From NCBI RefSeq assembly GCF_009914755.1, contig NC_060933.1: DNA of 64,000 nucleotides, one strand, 5' to 3'. Position numbers and translations under genes: made by a program. Below are positions 12,260-26,329 of the stretch, one piece after another. The notes under the pieces are model-generated. The model saw only the letters and a list, made by a program, of their open reading frames with translations. It did no database searches and had not been told where the DNA came from. This stretch comes from the human T2T-CHM13v2.0 reference genome, Homo sapiens. Positions within the stretch are counted from its first letter, which is position 1. Each line of letters begins with the position of its first letter.

Positions 12260-13730
12260 CGGATGATTCCATTCCATTGCATTCCATTCCATTCCATTCC
12301 CCTGTACTCGGGTTGATTCCATTCTATTCCATTCCAATCCATGCCATTCCACTCGTGTTGATTCCATTCTTTCCATTCCATTCAAGTTGAATCCATTCCA
12401 TTGCATTCCATTCCATTCGATTCCATTCGATTGCACTCGGGTTGATTCCATGACATTGCATTCCATTCCATTCCATTCCATTCCATTCCATTCCATTCCT
12501 TTCCATTCCATTCCATCGGACTCATTCTATTCAATTCCCTTACACTCCATTACATTCCATTCCATTCGTGTAGTTTCCATTCCATTCCATTCCATTCCTC
12601 TCCATTCCATTGCACTCGGGTTGATTCCATTCCATTCCATTCCATTCCATTCCATTCCATTCCATTCCATTCCATTCCATTCCGGATGATTCCATTCCAT
12701 TGAATTCCATTCCATTCCACTCCCCTGCACTTAGGTTGATTCCATTCCATTCCATTCCATTCCTTTCTGTTCCATTCAATTCCATTCCATTCCATTCTAT
12801 TCGTGTTAATTCCATTCCATTCTATTCCATTCCATTCCATTGAAATCGAGTTGATTCCATTCCATTCCATTCCATTCCATTCCATTCCGGATGATTCCAT
12901 TCCATTGCATTCCATTCCATTCCATTCCCCTGCACTCAGGTTGATTCCATTCCATTCCATTCCATTACATTCCATTCCATTCCGTCCCATTTCATTCTAT
13001 TCGGGTTAATTCCATTCCATTCCATTCCACTCCATTCCAGTCCTTTCCATTCCATTCCACTCGGGTTGATTCCATTCTATTCCTTTCAATTCCATTCCAT
13101 TCCATTGCAATCGAGTTGATTCCATTCGAGTTGAATCCATTCCATTCCATTCCATTCCATTCCATTCCATTGCACACGGGTTCATTCCATTCCATTCCAT
13201 TCCATTCCATTCCATTCCATTCCATTCCATTTCATTCCATTCCATTCTATTCCGTACCATTCCATTCCATCCCATTCCATTCTTTTCCATTCCATGCCAT
13301 TACACTCGGGTTGATTCCATTCCTTTCCATTCCATTCTTATTGAATCCATTCCATTCCAATCCATTCGAATCCATTCCATTGCACTCGGGTTGATTCCAT
13401 TCCATTCCATTCCATTCCATTCCATTCCATTCCATTACATTCGGATTGATTCTATTCAATTCCCTTACACTCCATTACATTCCATTCCATTCGGGATGTT
13501 TCCATTCCATTCCATTCCATTCCACTCCATTCCATTGCATCAGGTTGATTGCATTCCATTCCATTCCATTCCATTCCGGATGATTCCATTCCATTGCATT
13601 CCATTCCATTCCATTCCCCTGCACTCGGGTTGATTCCATTCCATTCCATTCCATTCCATTCCATTCCATTCCGTTCCATTCCATACCATTGCATTCTATT
13701 CCGGTTAATTCCATTCCATTCCATTCGATT
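12260..13730 (+). repeat. Dispersed, more diverged copy of ~4640-6100
   Basis: Same order of landmarks at ~7.62 kb offset: CATG(G/A)CATTG, CCTGCACTT(G/A)GG, CCTTTCTGTTCC, TTGAAATCGAG, TTGCACACGGG (~5548/13170), CATGCCATTACACTC (5661/13293), GGGATGTTTCC (5871/13493), GCATCAGGTTGATTGC. Confidence 0.85.
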
Positions 13731-13850
13731 CCATTCCATTCCATTGCATTCCATTCCATTGCCATCGAGTTGATTCCATTCCATTCCATTCCATTCCGTT
13801 CCGGATGATTCCATTCCATTCCATTCCATTCCATTCCATTCCCCTGCAGT

Positions 13851-16800
13851 CGGGTTGATTCCATTCCATTCCATTCCATTCCATTCCATTCCATTCCATT
13901 GCATTCCATTCCGTTCCATTCCATTCCATTCCATTCCATTCTATTCAGGTTAATTCCATTCCATTCCATTCCATTCCATTCCATTCCATTCCATTCCAAT
14001 CGAGTTGATTCCATTCCATTCCATTCCATTCCACTACATTCCAGTCCTTTCCATTCCATTACACTCGGGTTGATTCCATTCTATTCCATTCTATTCCATT
14101 CCATTCCATTGCAATCGAGTTGATTCCCTTGCTTTGCATTCCATTCCATTCCATTCCATTCCGGATGATTCCATTCCATTGCATTCCATTCCATTCCATT
14201 CCCCTGCACTCGGGTTGATTCCATTCCATTCCACTCCATTCCTTTCCATTCCATTCCATTCCATTGTATTCGGGTTAATTCCATTCCATTCCATTCCATT
14301 CCATTCCATTCCATTCCATTCCAATACATTCCTTTACAATCGAGTTGATTCCATTCCATTCCATTCCATTCCATTCCACTCCAGTCCTTTCCATTCCATT
14401 CCACTCGGGTTGATTCCATTCTATTAGTTTCCATTCCATTCCATTCCCTTCCATTCCACTCTGGTTGATTCCATTCCTTTCCATTCCACTCGAATACATT
14501 CCCTCCTATTCCACTCGGAACGATTCCATTCCATTCCATTCCATTCCATTCCATTCCATTCCATTCCATTCCAGTTCGTTCCATTCCATTCTATTCCGTA
14601 CCATTCCTTTCCATTCCATTCCTTTCCACTCGTGTTGATTCCATTCCTTTCCATTCCATTCGGTTTGAAGGCATTCCATTCCATTCAATTCCATTCCATT
14701 CCATTCCATTCCATTCCATTCCATTCTATTCCATTCCATTGCAATCGAGTTGAATCCATTGCCTTTCATTCCATTCCATTCCATTCCTTTACATTCCGGA
14801 AGATTCCATTCCATTGCATTCCATTCCATTCCATTCCCCTGCACTCGCGTTGATTCCATTCCATTCCATTCCATTCCATTCCATTCCATTCCATTCCATT
14901 CCGTTCCGTTCCGTTCCATTCCATACCATTCCATTCCATTCCATTCCATTCCGTTCCGTTCCATTCCATTCCATCCCATTCTTTTCGGGTTAATTCCATT
15001 CCATTCCATTCGATTGCAATCGAGTTGATTCCATTCCATTCCATTCCATTCCATTCCATTCCATTCCTTTCCATTCCATTACGGATGATTCCATTCCATT
15101 GCATTCCATTCCATTCCATTCCCCTGTACTCGGGTTGATTCCATTCCATTGCATTCCAATCCATGCCCTTCCACTCGTGTTGATTCCATTCTTTCCATTC
15201 CATTCAAGTTGAATCCATTCCATTGCATTCCATTCCATTCGATTCCATTCGATTGCACTCGGGTTGATTCCATTCCATTGCATTCCATTCCATTCCATTC
15301 CATTCCATTACATTCGGATTGATTCTATTCAATTCCCTTACACTCCATTACATTACATTCCATTCGGGTAGTTTCCATTCCATTCCATTCCATTCCTCTC
15401 CATTCCATTGCACTCGGGTTGATTCCATTCCATTGCATTCCATTCCATTCCATTCAATTCCATTCCGTTCCATTCCATTCCATTACATTCGGATTGATTC
15501 TATTCAACTCCCTTACTCTCCATTACATTCCATTCCATTCGGGCTCTTCCATTCCATTCCATTCCATTCCACTCCATTCCATTGCACTCGGGTTTATTCC
15601 ATTCCATTCCATTCCATTCCATTCCATTCCATTCCGGAAGATTCCATTCCATTGCATTCCATTCCATTCCATTCCCCTGCACTCGGGTTGATTCCATTCC
15701 ATTCCACTCCATTCCGTTCCATTCCATTCCATTCCATTGTATTCGGGGTAATTCCATTCCATTCCATTCCATTCCATTCCATTCCATTCCATTACAATCG
15801 AGTTGATTCCATTCCATTCCATTCCATTCCAGTCCTTTCCATTCCATTCCACTCGGGTTGATTCCATTCTATTAGTTTCCATTCCATTCCATTCCCTTCC
15901 ATTCCACTCTGGTTGATTCCATTCCTTTCCATTCCACTCGAATAAATTCCCTCCTATTCCACTCGGAACGATTCCATTCCATTCCATTCCATTCCATTCC
16001 ATTCCATTCCATTCCATTTCGTTCCATTCCATTCTATTCCGTATCATTCCATTCCATTCCATTCCATTCCACTCGTGTTGATTCCATTCCTTTCCATTCC
16101 ATTCGGTTTGAAGGCATTCCATTCCATTCCATTCCATTCCATTCCATTCCATTCCATTCCATTCCATTCCATTCCATTCCATTCCATTCCATTCCATTGT
16201 ACTCTGGTTGATTGCATTCCATTGCATTCCATTCCATTCCATTCCGTTGCATTCCATTCCATTACATTCGGATTGATTCTATTCAACTCAATTACATTCC
16301 ATTACATTCCATTCCATTCGGGTTGTTCCATTCCATTCCATTTCATTCCACTCCATTCCATTGCACTCGGGTTGATTCCAATCCATTCCATTCCATTCCA
16401 TTCCATTCCATTCCATTCCGGATGATTCCATTCCATTGCATTCCGTTCCATTACATTCCCCTGCACTCGCGTTGATTCCATTCCATTCCATTCAATTCCA
16501 TTAAATTACAATTCGTTACATTCCATTCTATTCCGTACCATTCCATTCCATTCCATTCCATTCCGTTCCATTCCGTTCCATTGCATTCCATTCCATTCTA
16601 TTCGGGTTCATTCTATTCCATTCCATTCCGTTCCATTCTATTCCATTCCATTGCAATCGAGTTGAATTCATTGCGTTTCATTCCATTCCATTCCATTCCA
16701 TTCCATTCCATTCCGGAAGATTCCATTCCATTGCATTCCATTCCATTCCATTCCCCTGCACTCGCGTTGATTCCATTCCATTCCATTCCATTCCATTCCA

Positions 16801-19800
16801 TTCCGTTCCGTTCCATTCCATTCCATTCCATTCCATTCCATTCCATTCCGTTCCTTTCCATTCCATTCCATTCCATTCTATTCGGGTTAATTCCATTCCA
16901 TTCCATTCGATTGCAATCGAGTTGATTCCATTCCATTGCATTCCATTCCATTCGATTCCATTCGATTGCACTCGGGTTGATTCCATTCCATTGCATTCAA
17001 TTCCATTCCATTCCATTCCATTCCTTTCTGTTCCATTCCATTCCATTCCATTTCATTCTATTCGTGTTAATTCCGTTCCATTCTACTCCATTCCATTCCA
17101 TTGAAATCGAGTTGTTTCCATTCCATTCAATTCCATTCCATTCCATTCCATTCCATTCCATTCCGGATGATTTCATTCCATTGTATTCCATTCCATTCCA
17201 TTCCCCTGCACTCGGGTTGATTCCATTACATTCCATTCCATTACATTCCATTCCATTCCGTTCCATTTCATTCTATTCGGGTTAATTCCATTCCATTCCA
17301 TTCCACTCCATTCCAGTCCTTTCCTTTCCATTCCACTCGGGTTGATTCCATTCTATTCCTTTTAATTCCATTCCATTCCATTGCAATCGAGTGGATTCCA
17401 TTCGAGTTGAATCCATTCCATTCCATTCCATTCCATTCCATTGCACACGGGTTCATTCCATTCCATTCCATTCCATTCCATTCCATTCCATTCCATTCTA
17501 TTCCATTTCATTCCATTCCGTTCTATTCCGTACCATTCCATTCCATCCCATTCCATTCCGTTCCATTCCATGCCATTACACTCGGGTTGATTCCATTCCT
17601 TTCCATTCCATTCTTGTTGAATCCATTCCATTCCATTCCATTCCATTCCATTCCATTCGAATCCATTCCATTGCACTCGGGTTGATTCCATTACATTCCA
17701 TTCCATTCCATTTCATTCCATTCCATTCCATTACATTCGGATTGATTCTATTCAATTCCCTTACACTCCATTACATTCCATTCCATTCGAGATGTTTCCA
17801 TTCCATTCCATTCCATTCCACTCCATTCCATTGCATCAGGTTGATTGCATTCCATTCCATTCCATTCCATTCCGGATGATTCCATTCCATTGCATTCCAT
17901 TCCATTCCATTCCATTCCGTTCCGGATGATTCCATTCCATTCCATTCCATTCCATTCCATTCCCCTGCAGTCGGGTTGATTCCATTCCATTCCATTCCAT
18001 TCCATTCCATTCCATTCCATTCCGTTCAATTCCATTCCATTCCATTCTATTCGGGTTAATTCCATTCCATTCCATTCCATTCCATTCTGTTCGGGTTAAT
18101 TCCATTCCATTCCATTCCATTCCATTCCATTCTATTCCATTCCATTGCAATCGAGTTGAATCCATTGCATTTCATTCCATTCCATTCCATTCCATTCCAT
18201 TCCATTCCGGAAGATTCCATTCCATTGCATTCCATTCCATTCCATTCCCCTGCACTCGCGTTGATTCCATTCCATTCCATTCCATTCCGTTCCGTTCCGT
18301 TCCGTTCCGTTCCGTACCATTCCATTCCATTCCATTCCATTCCGTTCCGTTCCATTCCATTCCATTCCTTTCTATTCGGGTTAATTCCATTCCATTCCAT
18401 TCGATTGCAATCGTGTTGATTCCATTCCATTCCATTCCATTACATTCCATTCCATTCCATTCCTTTCCATTCCATTACGGATGATTCCATTCCATTGCAT
18501 TCCATTCCATTCCATTCCCCTGTACTCGGGTTGATTCCATTCCATTCCATTCCATTCCATTCCATTCCATTCCATTGCATTCCATTCCGTTCCATTCCAT
18601 TCCATTCCATTCCATTCTATTCAGGTTAATTCCATTCCATTCCATTCCATTCCATTCCATTCCATTCCATTCCAATCGAGTTGATTCCATTCCATTCCAT
18701 TCCATTCCACTACATTCCAGTCCTTTCCATTCCATTACACTCGGGTTGATTCCATTCTATTCCATTCTATTCCATTCCATTCCATTGCAATCGAGTTGAT
18801 TCCATTGCTTTGCATTCCATTCCATTCCATTCCATTCCGGATGATTCCATTCCATTGCATTCCATTCCATTCCATTCCCCTGCACTCGGGTTGATTCCAT
18901 TCCATTCCACTCCATTCCTTTCCATTCCATTCCATTCCATTGTATTCGGGTTAATTCCATTCCATTCCATTCCATTCCATTCCATTCCATTCCATTCCAT
19001 TCCAATACATTCCTTTACAATCGAGTTGATTCCATTCCATTCCATTCCATTCCATTCCACTCCAGTCCTTTCCATTCCATTCCACTCGGGTTGATTCCAT
19101 TCTATTAGTTTCCATTCCATTCCATTCCCTTCCATTCCACTCTGGTTGATTCCATTCCTTTCCATTCCACTCGAATACATTCCCTCCTATTCCACTCGGA
19201 ACGATTCCATTCCATTCCATTCCATTCCATTCCATTCCATTCCATTCCATTCCAGTTCGTTCCATTCCATTCTATTCCGTACCATTCCTTTCCATTCCAT
19301 TCCTTTCCACTCGTGTTGATTCCATTCCTTTCCATTCCATTCGGTTTGAAGGCATTCCATTCCATTCAATTCCATTCCATTCCATTCCATTCCATTCCAT
19401 TCCATTCCATTCTATTCCATTCCATTGCAATCGAGTTGAATCCATTGCCTTTCATTCCATTCCATTCCATTCCATTACATTCCGGAAGATTCCATTCCAT
19501 TGCATTCCATTCCATTCCATTCCCCTGCACTCGCGTTGATTCCATTCCATTCCATTCCATTCCATTCCATTCCATTCCATTCCGTTCCATTCCGTTCCAT
19601 TCCATACCATTCCATTCCATTCCATTCCATTCCGTTCCGTTCCATTCCATTCCATCCCATTCTTTTCGGGTTAATTCCATTCCATTCCATTCGATTGCAA
19701 TCGAGTTGATTCCATTCCATTCCATTCCATTCCATTCCATTCCATTCCTTTCCATTCCATTACGGATGATTCCATTCCATTGCATTCCATTCCATTCCAT

Positions 19801-22800
19801 TCCCCTGTACTCGGGTTGATTCCATTCCATTGCATTCCAATCCATGCCCTTCCACTCGTGTTGATTCCATTCTTTCCATTCCATTCAAGTTGAATCCATT
19901 CCATTGCATTCCATTCCATTCGATTCCATTCGATTGCACTCGGGTTGATTCCATTCCATTGCATTCCATTCCATTCCATTCCATTCCATTACATTCGGAT
20001 TGATTCTATTCAATTCCCTTACACTCCATTACATTCCATTCCATTCGGGTAGTTTCCATTCCATTCCATTCCATTCCTCTCCATTCCATTGCACTCGGGT
20101 TGATTCCATTCCATTGCATTCCATTCCATTCCATTCAATTCCATTCCGTTCCATTCCATTCCATTACATTCGGATTGATTCTATTCAACTCCCTTACTTT
20201 CCATTACATTCCATTCCATTCGGGCTCTTCCATTCCATTCCATTCCATTCCACTCCATTCCATTGCACTCGGGTTTATTCCATTCCATTCCATTCCATTC
20301 CATTCCGGAAGATTCCATTCCCTTGCATTCCATTCCATTCCATTCCCCTGCACTCGGGTTGATTCCATTCCATTCCACTCCATTCCGTTCCATTCCATTC
20401 CATTCCATTGTATTCGGGGTAATTCCATTCCATTCCATTCCATTCCATTCCATTCCATTCCATTACAATCGAGTTGATTCCATTCCATTCCATTCCATTC
20501 CAGTCCTTTCCATTCCATTCCACTCGGGTTGATTCCATTCTATTAGTTTCCATTCCATTCCATTCCCTTCCATTCCACTCTGGTTGATTCCATTCCTTTC
20601 CATTCCACTCGAATAAATTCCCTCCTATTCCACTCGGAACGATTCCATTCCATTCCATTCCATTCCATTCCATTCCATTCCATTTCGTTCCATTCCATTC
20701 TATTCCGTATCATTCCATTCCATTCCATTCCATTCCACTCGTGTTGATTCCATTCCTTTCCATTCCATTCGGTTTGAAGGCATTCCATTCCATTCCATTC
20801 CATTCCATTCCATTCCATTCCATTCCATTCCATTGTACTCTGGTTGATTGCATTCCATTGCATTCCATTCCATTCCATTCCGTTGCATTCCATTCCATTA
20901 CATTCGGATTGATTCTATTCAACTCAATTACATTCCATTACATTCCATTCCATTCGGGTTGTTCCATTCCATTCCATTTCATTCCACTCCATTCCATTGC
21001 ACTCGGGTTGATTCCATTCCATTCCATTCCATTCCATTCCATTCCATTCCATTCCGGATGATTCCATTCCATTGCATTCCGTTCCATTACATTCCCCTGC
21101 ACTCGCGTTGATTCCATTCCATTCCATTCAATTCCATTAAATTACAATTCGTTACATTCCATTCTATTCCGTACCATTCCATTCCATTCCATTCCATTCC
21201 GTTCCATTCCGTTCCATTGCATTCCATTCCATTCTATTCGGGTTCATTCTATTCCATTCCATTCCGTTCCATTCTATTCCATTCCATTGCAATCGAGTTG
21301 AATTCATTGCGTTTCATTCCATTCCATTCCATTCCATTCCATTCCATTCCAGAAGATTCCATTCCATTGCATTCCATTCCATTCCATTCCCCTGCACTCG
21401 CGTTGATTCCATTCCATTCCATTCCATTCCATTCCATTCCGTTCCGTTCCATTCCATTCCATTCCATTCCATTCCATTCCATTCCGTTCCTTTCCATTCC
21501 ATTCCATTCCATTCTATTCGGGTTAATTCCATTCCATTCCATTCGATTGCAATCGAGTTGATTCCATTCCATTGCATTCCATTCCATTCGATTCCATTCG
21601 ATTGCACTCGGGTTGATTCCATTCCATTGCATTCAATTCCATTCCATTCCATTCCATTCCTTTCTGTTCCATTCCATTCCATTCCATTTCATTCTATTCG
21701 TGTTAATTCCGTTCCATTCTACTCCATTCCATTCCATTGAAATCGAGTTGTTTCCATTCCATTCAATTCCATTCCATTCCATTCCATTCCATTCCATTCC
21801 GGATGATTTCATTCCATTGTATTCCATTCCATTCCATTCCCCTGCACTCGGGTTGATTCCATTACATTCCATTCCATTACATTCCATTCCATTCCGTTCC
21901 ATTTCATTCTATTCGGGTTAATTCCATTCCATTCCATTCCACTCCATTCCAGTCCTTTCCTTTCCATTCCACTCGGGTTGATTCCATTCTATTCCTTTTA
22001 ATTAAATTCCATTCCATTGCAATCGAGTGGATTCCATTCGAGTTGAATCCATTCCATTCCATTCCATTCCATTCCATTGCACACGGGTTCATTCCATTCC
22101 ATTCCATTCCATTCCATTCCATTCCATTCCATTCTATTCCATTTCATTCCATTCCGTTCTATTCCGTACCATTCCATTCCATCCCATTCCATTCCGTTCC
22201 ATTCCATGCCATTACACTCGGGTTGATTCCATTCCTTTCCATTCCATTCTTGTTGAATCCATTCCATTCCATTCCATTCCATTCCATTCGAATCCATTCC
22301 ATTGCACTCGGGTTGATTCCATTACATTCCATTCCATTCCATTTCATTCCATTCCATTCCATTACATTCGGATTGATTCTATTCAATTCCCTTACACTCC
22401 ATTACATTCCATTCCATTCGAGATGTTTCCATTCCATTCCATTCCATTCCACTCCATTCCATTGCATCAGGTTGATTGCATTCCATTCCATTCCATTCCA
22501 TTCCGGATGATTCCATTCCATTGCATTCCATTCCATTCCATTCCATTCCGTTCCGGATGATTCCATTCCATTCCATTCCATTCCATTCCATTCCCCTGCA
22601 GTCGGGTTGATTCCATTCCATTCCATTCCATTCCATTCCATTCCATTCCATTCCGTTCAATTCCATTCCATTCCATTCTATTCGGGTTAATTCCATTCCA
22701 TTCCATTCCATTCCATTCTGTTCGGGTTAATTCCATTCCATTCCATTCCATTCCATTCCATTCCATTCTATTCCATTCCATTGCAATCGAGTTGAATCCA

Positions 22801-23185
22801 TTGCATTTCATTCCATTCCATTCCATTCCATTCCATTCCATTCCGGAAGATTCCATTCCATTGCATTCCATTCCATTCCATTCCCCTGCACTCGCGTTGA
22901 TTCCATTCCATTCCATTCCATTCCATTCCGTTCCGTTCCGTTCCGTTCCGTTCCGTTCCATTCCATTCCATTCCATTCCATTCCGTTCCGTTCCATTCCA
23001 TTCCATTCCTTTCTATTCGGGTTAATTCCATTCCATTCCATTCGATTGCAATCGTGTTGATTCCATTCCATTCCATTCCATTCCATTCCATTCCATTCCA
23101 TTCCTTTCCATTCCATTACGGATGATTCCATTCCATTGCATTCCATTCCATTCCATTCCCCTGTACTCGGGTTGATTCCATTCCA
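13851..23185 (+). repeat. Near-identical head-to-tail tandem duplication, unit ~4.65 kb (~13851-18526 and ~18527-23185)
   Basis: Landmark pairs: CTATTCAGGT 13941/18617, GAAGGC 14667/19348, GGGCTCTTCC 15541/20222, AATAAATTCC 15941/20612, TTAAATTACAATTCGTTAC 16501/21137, GAGATGTTTCC 17789/22420, CTGTTCGGG 18087/22718. ORF pairs 16581..16925/21217..21561 and 17748..18080/22379..22711 translate identically. Confidence 0.95.
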
Positions 23186-24370
23186 TTCCATTCCAATCCA
23201 TGCCATTCCACTCGTGTTGATTCCATTCTTTCCATTCCGTTCAAGTTGAATCCATTCCATTGCATTATATTCCATTCGATTCCATTCGATTTCACTCGGG
23301 TTGATTCCATTCCATTGCATTCCATTCCATTCCATTCCATTCCATTCCGTTCCATTCCATTCCATTACATTCGGATTGATTCTATTCAACTCCCTTACTC
23401 TCCATTACATTCCATTCCATTCGGGTTGTTCCATTCCATTCCATTCCATTCCACTCCATTCCATTGGACTCGGGTTGATTCCATTCCATTCCATTCCATT
23501 CCATTCCATTCCATTCCGAAAGATTCCATTCCATTGCATTCCATTCCATTCCATTCCCCTGCACTCGCGTTGATTCCATTCTATTCCATTCTATTCCATT
23601 CCATTCCCTTCCTTTCCGTTCCATTCCGTTCCATTCCGTTCAGTTCCGTTCCACTCCATTCCATTCCATTCTATTCGGGTTAATTCCATTCCATTCCATT
23701 CGATTGCAATCGAGTTGATTCCATTCCATTCCATTTCATTCCATTCCATTCCATTCCATTCCATTCCATTCCTTTCCATTCCATTACGGATGATTCCATT
23801 CCATTGCATTCCATTCCATTCCATTCCCCTGTACTCGGGTTGATTCCATTCCATTCCATTCCAATCCATGCCCTTCCACTCGTGTTGATTCCATTCTTTC
23901 CATTCCATTCTAGTTGAATCCATTCCATTGCATTCCATTCCATTCGATTCCATTCGATTGCACTCGGGTTGATTCCATTCCATTGCATTCCATTCCATTC
24001 CATTCCATTCCATTCCATTCCATTCCGTTCCATTGCATTCCATTACATTCGGATTGATTCTATTCAACTCCCTTACTCTCCATTACATTCCATTCCATTC
24101 GGGTTGTTCCATTCCATTCCATTCCATTCGACTCCATTCCATTGCACTCGGGTTGATTCCATTACATTCCATTCCATTCCGGAAGATTCCATTCCATTGC
24201 ATTCCATTACATTCCATTCCCCTGCACTCGCGTTGATTCCATTCCTTTCCATTCCATTCCATTCCATTCCATTCTATTCCGTTCCGTTCCATTCCATTCC
24301 ATTCCATTCCATTCCATTCCATTCCGTTCCGTTCCATTCCATTCCATTCCATTCTATTCGGGTTAATTCC
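23020..24370 (+). repeat. ~1.35 kb segment with a dispersed copy at ~60650-61990
   Basis: Shared rare variants at ~37.6 kb offset: CGATTTCACTCGGG (~23287/60905), CCATTGGACTCGGG (23461/61079), CATTCTAGTTGAATC (~23906/61544), GATTCCATTACATTCC...GGAAGA (~24155/61783). Confidence 0.85.
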
Positions 24371-24439
24371 ATTCCATTCCATTCCATTGCAATCGTGTTG
24401 ATTCCATTCCATTCCATTCCATTCCATTCCATTCCATTC

Positions 24440-25885
24440 AATTCCATTCCATTCCATTCCATTCCATTACATTCGGATTGATTCTATTCAACTCCCTTAC
24501 TCTCCATTACATTCCATTCCATTCGGGTTGTTCCATTCCATTCCATTCCATTCCACTCCATTCCATTGCACTCGGGTTTATTCCATTCCATTCCATTCCA
24601 TTCCATTCCATTCCATTCCGGAAGATTCCATTCCATTGCATTCCATTCCATTCCATTCCCCTGCACTCGTGTTGATTCCATTCCCTTCCATTCCATTCCA
24701 TTCCGTTCCATTCCATTCCATTCCTTTCCGTTCCATTCCATTCCATTCCATTCCATTCCATTCCGTTCCGTTCCGTTCTATTCTATTCCATTCCATTCTA
24801 TTCGGGTTAATTCCATTCCATTCCATTCGATTGCAATCGAGTTGATTCCATTCCATTCCTTTCCATTCCATTCCATTCCATTCCATTCCATTCCTTTCCA
24901 TTCCATTACGGATGATTCCATTCCATTGCATTCAATTCCATTCCATTCCCCTGTACTCGGGTTGATTCCATTCCATTCCATTCCATTCCATTCTATTCCA
25001 TTCCATTCCATTCCATTCCGGAAGATTCCATTCCATTGCATTCCATTCCATTCCATTCCCCTGCACTCGCGTTGATTCCATTCAATTCCATTCCATTCCA
25101 TTCCATTCCATTCCGATCCGTTCCGTTCCACTCCATTCCATTCCATTCCATTCCGTTCCGTTCCATTCCATTCCATTCCATTCCATTCCATTCCATTCCA
25201 TTCCATTCTATTCGGGTTAATTCCATTCCATTCCATTCAATTGCAATCAAGTTGATTCCATTCCATTCCATTCCATTCCATTCCATTCCTTTCCATTACA
25301 TTACGGATGATTCCATTCCATTTAATTCCATTCCATTTCATTCCATTCCATTCCATTCCCCTTTACTCGGGTTGATTCCATTCCATTCCATTCCAATCCA
25401 TGCCATTCCACTCGTGTTGATTCCATTCTTTCCATTCCATTCAAGTTGAATCCATTCCGTTGCATTCCATTCCATTCGATTCCATTTGATTGCACTCGGG
25501 TTGATTCCATGGCATTGCATTCCATTCCATTCCATTCCATTCCTTTCCATTCCATTCCATTCCATTCCATTCGGATTCATTCTATTCAATTCCCTTACAC
25601 TCCATTACATTCCATTCCATTCGTGTAGTTTCCATTCCATTCCATTCCATTCCTCTCCATTCCATTGCACTCGGGTTGATTCCATTCCATTCCATTCCAT
25701 TCCATTCCATTCCATTCCGGATGATTCCATTCCATTGAATTCCATTCCATTCCATTAACCTGCACTTGGGTTGATTCCATTACATTCCATTCCATTCCTT
25801 TCTGTTCCATTCCATTCCATTCCATTCCATTCTATTCGTGTTAATTCCGTTCCATTCTATTCCATTTCATTCCATTGAAATCGAG
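24440..25885 (+). repeat. Third, dispersed copy related to ~3870-5215 and ~7895-9235
   Basis: Same ordered landmarks: CCGATCCGTT (~25113), ATTCAATTGCAATC (~25235), CATGGCATTG (~25508), GGATTCATTCTATTC (~25573), CCTGCACTTGGG (~25759), TTGAAATCGAG (~25875). Confidence 0.8.
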
Positions 25886-26329
25886 TTCATTCCATTCCAT
25901 TCCATTCCATTCCATTCCATTCCCCTGCAGTCGGGTTGATTCCATTCCATTCCATTCCATTCCATTCCATTCCATTCCGTTCCATTCCATTCCTTTCAAT
26001 TCTATTTGGGTTAATTCCATTCCATTCCATTCCGTTCCGTTCCATTCCATTCCATTCCATTCCATTCCGTTCCGTTCCATTCCATTCCATTCCATTCTAT
26101 TCGGGTTAATTCCATTCCATTCCATTCGATTGCCATCAAGTTGATTCCATTCCATTCCATTCCATTCCATTCCATTCCTTTCCATTCCATTATGGATGAT
26201 TCCATTCCATTGCATTCCATTCCATTCCATTCTCCTGTACTAGGTTTGATTCCATTCCATTCCATTCCAATCCATGCCATTCCACTCCTGTTGATTCCAT
26301 TCTTTCCATTCCATTCAAGTTGAATCCAT

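Noticed and set aside
15941-15946. AATAAA (also 20612, 27057) as a polyadenylation signal
   Set aside because: It is a single C>A variant of AATACA propagated by duplication. It lies on the C-rich strand with no GU-rich downstream element or transcript evidence.
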